Source: Candidatus Woesearchaeota archaeon
GTDB lineage: Archaea; Nanobdellota; Nanobdellia; Woesearchaeales; WAPY01
Assembly (NCBI GenBank): GCA_038825775.1
Contig: JAWBOW010000001.1
Coordinates: forward strand, 1 to 54,034
Length of the DNA: 54,034 nucleotides
Direction of reading: 5' to 3'
Both the position numbers and the translations under genes were made by a program. The notes beneath the pieces are model-generated. The model did not search any database. It had not been told where the DNA came from and saw only the letters and a list, made by a program, of their open reading frames with translations. How positions within the stretch are numbered: the first letter of the stretch is position 1; every line of letters starts with the position of its first letter. Shown here one piece after another: positions 46,035 to 54,034 of the stretch.

Positions 46035-46751
46035 TTATTTATTCTCTTCCAGAACAACTTTTTGATCTTGGTCTTCTGCCTCAACCTCTTTATTCAACTC
46101 TTCCTCCTCAAACTTTTCCTTTGACTTTGACTTCTTCTTCCTTTCTTGAGAATCCTCTTCTTTTATCTCAATCTTTGTCGGTTTTGACTTTGTAATCTCA
46201 AACATTCTTATCTCAAACGTTTTTATAGGATAAATCTTTGAGAGCTCTGCTCTCAAACCCTCTTGAAGCTTGTGACTTACGAGATTTGCTGCAAAATCAT
46301 CAAAACTCATCTCTTTTATTTGCTTGAACAACAACTCCCTTATCTTTGATCTCAAGCGTTTTTCAACAACTCCCTTTGTTCTAAAAGCTGTTATGACTAA
46401 TGGTTTTATCCTTAAAGGTATATTGTCCTTTGTTATTATAACAAAAGAATCGTCAAGCTTGTTCTTTCTTCTGCTAACAAACCTCTTAACAGCAGGCGGT
46501 GTTATTTCATAACCAACAAAATTTGTTTTTGCCCTCTTGTTTTGAACATCATAAATCTTAAACTTAACATTAACACCTTGTAACTTTATATTCCTTGTAA
46601 TTTCAGATAATGCTATAACTACTGTTCTTCCAATAAGCTTGTTAGGAGAATCAGCTGTTACTTCTCCAACAATTACATTCTTGAATTGTTTTGGAGCTTC
46701 AACCTCATACCATTCCTTTGTTATTACTTTTGCAGTTTGTTTTTTAGTCAT
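46035..46751 (-). CDS. rps3ae: 30S ribosomal protein S3Ae (eS1)
   Basis: KEWYEVEAPKQF.. is a typical eS1 N-terminus. About 45 aa of K/E-rich C-terminal extension. Confidence 0.9.
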   Translation of the reverse strand: MTKKQTAKVITKEWYEVEAPKQFKNVIVGEVTADSPNKLIGRTVVIALSEITRNIKLQGVNVKFKIYDVQNKRAKTNFVGYEITPPAVKRFVSRRKNKLDDSFVIITKDNIPLRIKPLVITAFRTKGVVEKRLRSKIRELLFKQIKEMSFDDFAANLVSHKLQEGLRAELSKIYPIKTFEIRMFEITKSKPTKIEIKEEDSQERKKKSKSKEKFEEEELNKEVEAEDQDQKVVLEENK

Positions 46752-46805
46752 ACTTATACCAAGGATTTATGGATGGTTTAAAAATTTTTCTTTTTTGTTC
46801 TTTGC

Positions 46806-48287
46806 TTATTGCTTTTTGTTTGTGTTATCATGATTATTATTTTCATTAACAAAAATCTTTTTGTAGTTTCCATTCTGAAGCGTGTGCTTTATATTCTTTA
46901 TTGTTGTGATTGGAAATGTTATTAAAGAGTTTATTGGTTCTCTAATTATCAAATCAACAATCATTTCTTTCTTTGGAAGCTCTTCAAGGGTCCTAACTTC
47001 CTTAATCTTTCTCAAAAAGTATGCTGAAACTAAAAACCTTGTCAAGAAAGATATTAAGAAAACAACTTGATAGTTTGAACTAAAAACCCCTCTAAAAATT
47101 GGTGCTTGAACATTAACTCTGCCAAGCAAGAATGCTCCAATCATCACCCCAAAAAAAACTCCAACTCCCTTAAAAAAATTAGAATATGAAACGCATCTTG
47201 CCCTTCTTTGAGGAGTAACCGCATCATAAACAAAGTTTGAAGCGCTTAAATCAAAGCCGCCCCATGCAACCCCACCAATTATTTGAACCAATAATAAATA
47301 ATAAAAGTTGCTTGAAAAAATCCAAAGTAATGGATAAAGAGGAACTAAAAAACCACAAATTGTTAATACTTTCTTGTTGCCATAAATATCAGAATATTTT
47401 CCCCAATAAGTCATTATCAAATAAGAGGTTAGCGTGTGTGTTGCGTTTAAAATTATGAATGTGAAGTAATTGAATTTTAAAACAGTAAGCATGTAAATGC
47501 TAAAGTATGGTGAAGCAATTGCTACTGCAATCATCATAAAGAACAAGTATAGAACAAAAGTTCCAAAATTATTATAATACATTCTTTTTATGAATTGCAA
47601 TAAGCTGAAATACCATTCCTTGCTTACATTGTATTCTGGCTCATAAATCAATCTCATATAGTATAAACTCACTAACCTTGCTATTGATGCTATTAAGAAT
47701 AGAATTGCAAATCCCAATAATGAGTGAACACTTGATATTTTGTTAAGAAAAAAACCTGCAATCAGTGAGGTTGTGAATGCTGTAAAACCAGCTATTGCGT
47801 TTCTCCTGCCAAAGAAAAAACCGCCTTGTTTTTTATCAACTATATCTCCCAATATGCTCGACCAAGGCGGTATTAGGAAATTTCCTGAAAAAGCATACAA
47901 AGCAAACAAAAATATTGTTAGGTAAATGCTCTTCCAAAAAAGAACGTTTAAAACCATTGGAACCCAAATCAAACTTTGAGTTAGTATTGAGTAAAGAATT
48001 ATTTTCTTTCTCTTTTTTGTAAAATCTGTTATGTCAGTGCTTATAACCTGCGAGATTGAACCTATTAAGTTGCTCAGTGATGTTAATAAACCAACTTGAA
48101 AGTTTGTTGCTCCTAATTTGATTATAAAAGCAGAAACAAAGGATTCTCCACAACCAACCATTACTGAATTAGCACTTGCTTCTTTTATGCTGTATTTTAA
48201 ACTCTTTTTAATTAACTCTTTTTTTGATTCTAATTTGTTCTCTTCCGCTTTCTTTTCTTTTTTCGAATCCACAAAAAACACCCTCAA
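46806..48287 (-). CDS. MFS-type transporter
   Basis: 493 aa with about 12 hydrophobic segments, a K/E-rich cytoplasmic N-terminus and an MFS-like loop (GRRNAIAG). Confidence 0.75.
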   Translation of the reverse strand: MRVFFVDSKKEKKAEENKLESKKELIKKSLKYSIKEASANSVMVGCGESFVSAFIIKLGATNFQVGLLTSLSNLIGSISQVISTDITDFTKKRKKIILYSILTQSLIWVPMVLNVLFWKSIYLTIFLFALYAFSGNFLIPPWSSILGDIVDKKQGGFFFGRRNAIAGFTAFTTSLIAGFFLNKISSVHSLLGFAILFLIASIARLVSLYYMRLIYEPEYNVSKEWYFSLLQFIKRMYYNNFGTFVLYLFFMMIAVAIASPYFSIYMLTVLKFNYFTFIILNATHTLTSYLIMTYWGKYSDIYGNKKVLTICGFLVPLYPLLWIFSSNFYYLLLVQIIGGVAWGGFDLSASNFVYDAVTPQRRARCVSYSNFFKGVGVFFGVMIGAFLLGRVNVQAPIFRGVFSSNYQVVFLISFLTRFLVSAYFLRKIKEVRTLEELPKKEMIVDLIIREPINSLITFPITTIKNIKHTLQNGNYKKIFVNENNNHDNTNKKQ

Positions 48288-48604
48288 AATTGTATTTTAG
48301 TATATTAATTTATATACTGATATACTAACTTATTTAAATATTTTTCTGTGCTTAAAAATAATAAATTAAAAAATAACAAAGAGAGAATAAAGCATAAAAA
48401 GAATAAATTAAAACAAAAAAAGAAAAAATCCTTTAATTATTAAAAAACAATTCTAAAAAACAAAAAGATCATTTATTTTTAAAAAAATCATTAATAAAAA
48501 ATAAAAATAAAAAAACAAAAAATAATTCTCAAAACAAAAAAATTTAATCAAAAACTTTAAAGAAAAACTTAGAAAAACTTAAAGATAAAAAGTTTATAAA
48601 ATTC

Positions 48605-49327
48605 TTACTTCTTACCACCTGGTTTTTCTTTTTGCTCTTCAGGCAACAACTCCTTAATAATCTCCTCAGGAATCTTTGCATCACGTAATCTTGACCTTAT
48701 AAAAGATGGTTCCTTACCAGTATATTGTGCCATAATTTCTTTTGCTTTCTTTGTAAGCTCTTCATGACGTTTCTTGATCTCCTCACTAAGTTTTCTCTTT
48801 TCCTCTTCCAATGCCCTTAATTCCTCTGCTGAGAGTTCTGTTTTCTCAAGTTCTATTTCCTGCTTGAAAGCTCCATTATCAATATCCTTTAATATTTCCT
48901 TATAATTTTTTCCCTCAATCAAAACACCCATAGAACCAGCAGTTCCTATTACTTCTTTAACAGCATCCTTCATGCTCTTGCCCAATAAAGAATCACGCTT
49001 CATCTTTGCAATCTTAATCACTTGCTCAATCCTCAAATCAGCGACCTTCTCTGCCAAAGGATTAGAAGAGCCCTTCTCAACACCAGCTTCTTTGAGAATA
49101 AGCTGAGATGTTGGTGGGGTTCCAACCTCAATCTCAAACTTTTTTGTTTCAACATCAACAATGACCTTTACAGGAACCTGCATTCCTTTAAAACTCTCTG
49201 TTTTTTTGTTTATCTCTGAAACAACCATTCCAATATTCACTCCCAAAGGTCCTAGAGCAGGTCCTAATGGTGGTGCTGCTGTTGCTTTTCCACCTTCCAC
49301 TAAAACTTGAATTTTCTCCTTAGGCAT
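48605..49327 (-). CDS. rpl11: 50S ribosomal protein L11 with an ~80-aa charged C-terminal extension
   Basis: [29 protein letters not shown] and [11 protein letters not shown] are canonical L11. The protein is 240 aa, against roughly 160 aa for archaeal L11 as I recall it. Confidence 0.9.
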   Translation of the reverse strand: MPKEKIQVLVEGGKATAAPPLGPALGPLGVNIGMVVSEINKKTESFKGMQVPVKVIVDVETKKFEIEVGTPPTSQLILKEAGVEKGSSNPLAEKVADLRIEQVIKIAKMKRDSLLGKSMKDAVKEVIGTAGSMGVLIEGKNYKEILKDIDNGAFKQEIELEKTELSAEELRALEEEKRKLSEEIKKRHEELTKKAKEIMAQYTGKEPSFIRSRLRDAKIPEEIIKELLPEEQKEKPGGKK

Positions 49328-49432
49328 ACGAGAAAAAAGGATTTTTGTTTTTATTTATAAAACTTTTGTTTTGCAAAAAAGAGAAAATTTTATAAACAAA
49401 CCAAAAAGATTTTTTTCAAAAACGGTGATTTT

Positions 49433-50074
49433 ATGAAAGAGGTTATTGAAAATGGGGATTTTATAGAATTGGACTTTACAGGTTTTGTTGAAAACACTGG
49501 AGAGGTTTTTGACACAACTTTAAAAGAAGATGCTAAGAAAGCAGGAATTTATGACGAGAAAGTTGTTTATGAGCCGATTGTTGCAAAAATTGGCAGCAAT
49601 CAATTATTAAAGGGCTTGGAAGAATTCTTAATTGGAAAGAAGATTGGAAGTTATGAAATTATTTTAGAACCTGAAAAGGCATTTGGCAAGAGAGATCCTA
49701 AACTTTTAAAGTTAATCTCTGCAAAAAATTTTATTAAAAACAAGATAGAACCAATCCCAGGACTAAGGGTTAATATTGATGGTATTCTAGGAACAATCGT
49801 TTCTGTAAGTTCTAACAGGGTGATGGTTGATTTTAACCATCCTTTGGCTGGAAAGAGAATAAAGTATAAAATTATTGTTAGGAAAATTTTAGAAAATGAT
49901 GAAGAGAAGATAAGAGCAATTGTAAAACAAATAATTGGAAAAGAACCGGAGAAGATTTCTATTAGGGATAAAAAAGCAATTATAAAGATTGAAAAGAAAT
50001 TTTCAGAATTAGAACCATTAATAAAAGATGAATTGTTAAAGATCAACTTTGAAGCAGAGTTTGAAAAGGAATAA
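49433..50074 (+). CDS. FKBP-type peptidyl-prolyl isomerase (SlyD-like, with insert-in-flap and a C-terminal domain)
   Basis: GDFIELDFTGFVENTGEVFDTT.. and ..VDFNHPLAGK.. are typical of archaeal/SlyD FKBPs. SD GGTG upstream. Confidence 0.85.
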   Translation: MKEVIENGDFIELDFTGFVENTGEVFDTTLKEDAKKAGIYDEKVVYEPIVAKIGSNQLLKGLEEFLIGKKIGSYEIILEPEKAFGKRDPKLLKLISAKNFIKNKIEPIPGLRVNIDGILGTIVSVSSNRVMVDFNHPLAGKRIKYKIIVRKILENDEEKIRAIVKQIIGKEPEKISIRDKKAIIKIEKKFSELEPLIKDELLKINFEAEFEKE

Positions 50075-50081
50075 AATCTTA

Positions 50082-50109
50082 AAATAATAACATTATGATG
50101 TAATTATTT
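50082..50109. repeat. 28-bp palindromic repeat A (AAATAATAACATTATGATGTAATTATTT), left copy
   Basis: Perfect copy of 51470-51497. 24 of 28 positions are self-complementary. Confidence 0.9.
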
Positions 50110-50121
50110 TTTATGAATAAG

Positions 50122-50144
50122 GACATTGTAATGTAATTATTTTT
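50122..50144. repeat. 23-bp related site B (GACATTGTAATGTAATTATTTTT), left copy
   Basis: 21/23 identical to 51444-51466. Core starts 33 bp from the core of repeat A. Overlaps the ATPase stop codon. Confidence 0.85.
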
Positions 50145-51405
50145 GTATTAAAAGCCACTTCCAAATAGGAACCACTCTAATCTCGTCAATAATTTTTTCT
50201 TCTTCTAAATCTATAATAAAAACATCCTTAACCTTTGATTTAAACTTTAAAACAAATTTTTTTAGTTGTGAAACCTCGTTAGCATTCAATTTGACCTCAA
50301 CACCAATTATTTTTGTATTTTCTTCTAACAAAAAATCAACTTCAAAAGAATTCCTGAAAAAAAACCTTGCTTCAGAATGAACAAGAACAACGTTCTCAAT
50401 TATTTTTGGAAGAATATCATTGAAATTAGGGTTTAATGCAAAGATCAAGTTTGGTGTTGCAAAATAAGCCTTTTTTAGTTTTCTATAACTTGCAATTTGA
50501 CTTTCACGATAATTAAAAACAAACTTTACCAACAAAGAAAATTCTAAATACTCAAAATAATTAGCTATTGTCCTCTTATCTCTGCCCAAATCCTCTGCTA
50601 ACCTTTCAAAATTCACAAGCATTCCAGGATTCCTTGCAATAATATAAATCAATTTTTTTAGAAGCTCAACATCCTTAATGTAAAGTTCTTCTAAAATATC
50701 CTTATAAATTATCCTTTCAACAACAGATTCTAAGAGGTATCTTCTAGCAAACTCCTCATCCTCCTCAAAAACTAACTCAGGAAACATCCCAAACTTTACG
50801 AACTTATAGAATAAAGGCATTAATTCTCTCTTCCACAAGTTTATATTCTTCTTAATACTTTTTAAGTCCTTACCAAGCATTTCTAAAAACTCTTCAAAAC
50901 TTAAAGGTTTAAGCAAAAAATCAATAATTCTCCCTGATAAACTTTCTCTAGATTTTTTCCTAAGTTTTAGAGAAGCAGAGCTGGAAATAAAAAACTTTAT
51001 TTTTGGGTATAAATCATAATAAACCTTTAACTTGTTTTCCCAATCATCAACCTTTTGTATTTCATCAAAGAAAACATAAATCTTATTATCAATTTCATCA
51101 AAAGTTTTATTCAAAACATTCTTCTGATAAAATTCTAAAACCTCCTTAACATCAAAAGTTTTCTCGTCAAAAGAAAAAAACAGGATGTTTTTTGGATTAT
51201 TATTTTTTAATAATTCATCAATTATTTGTAAGAGCAGAGTTGTTTTTCCAACCCTTCTTAAACCATAAATCATTACTATTTGCCTCTTTTTAATATACTT
51301 TTGAACTTCAAAATAAAGTTTTCTCTTATAAGGTTTTAATAGTTCCTTCCTAACACTACCAGTAGTCCACCATGTGTTAAACCTTTCCAAATCTTCTAAA
51401 AACAT
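50137..51405 (-). CDS. AAA+ ATPase of the COG1373 type (AAA_14 + DUF4143-like C-terminus)
   Basis: Walker A GLRRVGKTTLL and Walker B IYVFFDEIQ. 422 aa, an architecture typical of the widespread archaeal predicted-ATPase family. Confidence 0.8.
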   Translation of the reverse strand: MFLEDLERFNTWWTTGSVRKELLKPYKRKLYFEVQKYIKKRQIVMIYGLRRVGKTTLLLQIIDELLKNNNPKNILFFSFDEKTFDVKEVLEFYQKNVLNKTFDEIDNKIYVFFDEIQKVDDWENKLKVYYDLYPKIKFFISSSASLKLRKKSRESLSGRIIDFLLKPLSFEEFLEMLGKDLKSIKKNINLWKRELMPLFYKFVKFGMFPELVFEEDEEFARRYLLESVVERIIYKDILEELYIKDVELLKKLIYIIARNPGMLVNFERLAEDLGRDKRTIANYFEYLEFSLLVKFVFNYRESQIASYRKLKKAYFATPNLIFALNPNFNDILPKIIENVVLVHSEARFFFRNSFEVDFLLEENTKIIGVEVKLNANEVSQLKKFVLKFKSKVKDVFIIDLEEEKIIDEIRVVPIWKWLLIQK

Positions 51406-51443
51406 AATGATAAAAGAAACAAAAACTAGTATATAAATTTTAT

Positions 51444-51466
51444 GACATTACAATGTAATTATTTTT
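51444..51466. repeat. 23-bp related site B' (GACATTACAATGTAATTATTTTT), right copy
   Basis: Differs from the left B only by inversion of the central dinucleotide. Abuts the TATA-like box of the ATPase gene. Confidence 0.85.
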
Positions 51467-51469
51467 TAT

Positions 51470-51497
51470 AAATAATAACATTATGATGTAATTATTT
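51470..51497. repeat. 28-bp palindromic repeat A', right copy
   Basis: Perfect copy of 50082-50109. Core starts 33 bp from the core of B'. Confidence 0.9.
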
Positions 51498-51615
51498 CTA
51501 TGTTCATATTTTAACGCTAAAAAATAATAATGTTACTTATAAGTAGTTACAACAGCAAGCTTTATATATAAGTTATTCTTTACTAATAGCATAAATAAAT
51601 TAGAGGTGGGTTTTT

Positions 51616-54034
51616 ATGCAAACAAAAATGAAAAAATCAGAATTATTAGGTCTTGATGATATGCTAAATTCTAATGATGAGAGAAGAATAAAATCTTTTG
51701 ATGTTACAAAAGAAGAACTTGAAAAAATTGATTTGGAAAAAAAATATTATAACCCGCTTTCAAAAACAAAAAAACCAGTAATAATGAGTTTAATAGCGGC
51801 AATGGCATTACAATTTGGAAGCATGTTTTATAATCCAAAAAAAGCAATTTCTTTAGACAAAGAACTTCCAAAGGTGACATCTGTAAATCCAGAATGGTAT
51901 TCTTTGGAAAAACAACCATTAGAAGCACTAATTAGGGAAATAGAAAAAACAGACATAAGAGTTTATATTGGAAGCACAGAAGCAAAGATAAACGAGCAAA
52001 ACTATAGCTTGGACGCAGCACCATACATAAAGAATGGCAGAACACTAGTGCCTTTAAGATTCATAGCAGAAGGCCTAGGAGCAAGTGTTGGTTGGGATGG
52101 TGTTGAGAAAAAAGTAACTATTTATTATGAGGACAAAACAATAGAACTTTGGATTGGAAAAAAACAAGCAAGAGTAAACGGCATTGATTATGCCTTAGAC
52201 GTTGCTCCAGAAATAACAAAAGGAAGAACCTTTGTGCCGATAAGATTCATAGCAGAAAACTTCGGCTCACAAGTTCTTTGGAATTCCACTCTTAAAGAGG
52301 TCTCAATAATAAAAGAAAAAGAATACAAGAGAATAAACGAAAACTCTGACGCTGATAATGACGGAGTTATTTTTAAGGACGAAAAAACCCTTGGAACAAA
52401 CCCGAATGACAAAAACACAGTTTACAATTCATTAACTGATAAACAACTCTTTGAACTAAAACAAAAATATCCAAACTTAAACATATTTTCAGCATATCCT
52501 GACGGAATTACAAAACTAACATTGCCAGAAAAATACCAACTAAACCTAAACCCTGTAAGTGCTCATAACTTGGACCAAAAAATAAACGATGAAATAATAA
52601 TAAACTATGCATTGAACAAAAACCCACAACTAAAAACAAGGGAAGAATTAGAAAGCATTTGGCAAAACTTTAACACAAAATACTCAAGCTTCATAGATGC
52701 CTTAAAAGAAAACCTAAACTTAGAAACAACAAGCACAATAGAAAAAGCAGCAGAGCTAATACTAAACTTTAAGAATTTAAAACTTGATGAAAAACTAAAA
52801 ACCCAAATAGACAAAGAATATGTCAAGAGAGTTCTTGAAGAAATGCAAGAGTTCAATGAAATAACACCACTAGTATCATCCTTCAACAAAGAATTCGTAA
52901 ACCAAAACAAAAACTTCTTCTCAGAAATAAAAAACACAACACTTGACTTTATTGCAGAAATGCTCACAAAATACCCAGAACTAACCATTCAAAAACAAAT
53001 AGAACTAAACAACAAATACCCAGAACTTGATTTTTCATTAAGAGAAACATTTGAAAACCCGGACAAGGTCTCAGGACTAAGCTTGCAAGAAAAAACAAAA
53101 TACAACATAAACCCGTTAAGCCCAAACAACTTTGACGATGTCTTGAATGACAAAAAAGCAATAGAATACGCAAAAGTAAAAAACCTATCTGGAACAAAAG
53201 AAGATGTTTTGAAAGCAATAAAAACAATAACTGAAAATTATGGGCAAAAATTAGGAACAGCAGCAAAACAATTGCTCAACCAAAACAAAATAGAAGCTTC
53301 AGAACTTGATGCTCAAGCAACAACAGCAAAAACACAAGTAGAAGCAATGTTCAATGCTAGGGCTTATAAAACAAAATCTGACGGAACAAAAATAACACTT
53401 GAAGACCTGACAACAACAGAAAGGTATAAAACACTAATGCTACTAAACAAAACCTTCGGCAAAGAAGATATTAATATTTTGTTAGCACAAAGCAAAACAC
53501 TAAGCCAAAACCCGGAATTGTATTCAGAACTAATAAACACGCTAAAAACAGCATCTCACAAGATTGAAGAGCCGGTAAATCAGGAAATAAAGGACTTAAG
53601 AGTTTTCAAAAACTACATAAACCAGTGGGGACTTTACGATAACAACGCTGGAGAATTAGCAGTAAAACTCTGGAATTCTCTAAGCCAAGAATTAAGAGAA
53701 GAAGTAAAACAACACCCAAAACTCTTCTTAAGCTATGTTGGAAAATACAGGGCTTGGGCAGAAGCTGGAAAGGTAAAGATTGGAAGCAAAGAATACGATT
53801 TTAGAGAGGTTTTTGACGATATTGTAAAATTCACAAAAGACCAAATAGGGTATGTAATAAAGATGGAAAAATACTTCCAAGAGAAAGGTTATGAACTATA
53901 TGAATATTCTGGCTATGGAAGAGAAATAGAAAATCTTCCATTCATTTGGATGCAGGGCTCACCATTCACCCCGGGACTAAGCCATATTGAACTAATAAAG
54001 AACAAACTAAGCGCTGGAAAGATGACACTGAAAG
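51616..54034 (+). CDS. large membrane-anchored/secreted protein, 5' part (>806 aa, runs off the right edge)
   Basis: I checked codon by codon that the frame stays open from ATG 51616 (SD GAGGTGG) to the window end. TM near aa 55-75. Two copper-amine-oxidase-N-terminal-like repeats (NGRTLVPLRFIAEGLGASVGWDG.., KGRTFVPIRFIAENFGSQVLWNS). DADNDG calcium-binding-like motif. Then a long N/K/E-rich helical region. Not in the ORF track because it has no stop. Confidence 0.8.
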   Translation, partial: MQTKMKKSELLGLDDMLNSNDERRIKSFDVTKEELEKIDLEKKYYNPLSKTKKPVIMSLIAAMALQFGSMFYNPKKAISLDKELPKVTSVNPEWYSLEKQPLEALIREIEKTDIRVYIGSTEAKINEQNYSLDAAPYIKNGRTLVPLRFIAEGLGASVGWDGVEKKVTIYYEDKTIELWIGKKQARVNGIDYALDVAPEITKGRTFVPIRFIAENFGSQVLWNSTLKEVSIIKEKEYKRINENSDADNDGVIFKDEKTLGTNPNDKNTVYNSLTDKQLFELKQKYPNLNIFSAYPDGITKLTLPEKYQLNLNPVSAHNLDQKINDEIIINYALNKNPQLKTREELESIWQNFNTKYSSFIDALKENLNLETTSTIEKAAELILNFKNLKLDEKLKTQIDKEYVKRVLEEMQEFNEITPLVSSFNKEFVNQNKNFFSEIKNTTLDFIAEMLTKYPELTIQKQIELNNKYPELDFSLRETFENPDKVSGLSLQEKTKYNINPLSPNNFDDVLNDKKAIEYAKVKNLSGTKEDVLKAIKTITENYGQKLGTAAKQLLNQNKIEASELDAQATTAKTQVEAMFNARAYKTKSDGTKITLEDLTTTERYKTLMLLNKTFGKEDINILLAQSKTLSQNPELYSELINTLKTASHKIEEPVNQEIKDLRVFKNYINQWGLYDNNAGELAVKLWNSLSQELREEVKQHPKLFLSYVGKYRAWAEAGKVKIGSKEYDFREVFDDIVKFTKDQIGYVIKMEKYFQEKGYELYEYSGYGREIENLPFIWMQGSPFTPGLSHIELIKNKLSAGKMTLK

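Noticed and set aside
52605-53266. Minus-strand track ORFs (51704..51928, 52188..52418, 52605..52988, 52964..53266).
   Set aside because: All lie antisense to the uninterrupted plus-strand ORF of more than 806 aa that starts at 51616 with a strong SD. Their translations are S/F/L/C-rich shadow sequence.

Overview
AT-rich (roughly 30% GC by eye), gene-dense archaeal window, most likely from a small-genome DPANN-type archaeon (Woese-/Pace-/Nanoarchaeota-like). No searches were run, so every product call rests on motifs read in the translations.

Archaeal markers:
- ribosomal proteins eL15, eS1 (S3Ae) and L11
- ABCE1/RLI, the diphthamide enzyme Dph6, Taw1, archaeal DtdA and Rad50
- form III RuBisCO
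- TTTAAATA-type TATA boxes
- a tRNA-Gln with a 49-nt intron at the canonical 37/38 position and an A1-U72 pair

Many genes also carry a GGTG-type Shine-Dalgarno 5-7 nt before the start. This makes the ORF track call GTG inside the SD, giving false MVF.. N-termini. I corrected several starts, and some real starts are TTG or GTG.

Core content:
- a GTPase / DUF2073-like / Zn-ribbon triad
- a GT4 glycosyltransferase plus an orphan gene
- a YchF/Ygr210 GTPase
- a glmS / Zn-ribbon / glmM / glmU-like cluster next to a 1010-aa Cys-rich surface protein
- tRNA-Arg(GCG) and tRNA-Pro(GGG)
- two PGI/PMI paralogs flanking an mre11-less rad50, followed by a ROK glucokinase
- a lamin-tail-domain surface protein
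- an RsuA-type pseudouridine synthase, thymidylate kinase, an MFS transporter and an FKBP

Most interesting:
1. A tightly coupled five-gene orphan operon (14.1-16.4 kb). It ends in a zincin-like / MNT-type nucleotidyltransferase / HEPN-like fusion and lies inside a 5-kb block made mostly of orphan genes (a CxxC mini-protein and a DUF99 gene are the exceptions).
2. A COG1373-type AAA+ ATPase gene bracketed by perfect 28-bp palindromic repeats, each with a second related site exactly 33 bp away.
3. A divergent UPRTase-fold gene head-to-head with RuBisCO.
4. A Hel308-like helicase that lacks its whole RecA1 half (split gene).
5. A DUF2207 gene with one in-frame TAG, and a decayed SMR-like gene.
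6. A 41-aa hyper-acidic peptide with its own strong promoter and SD.

No rRNA, CRISPR array, transposase or integrase was seen.
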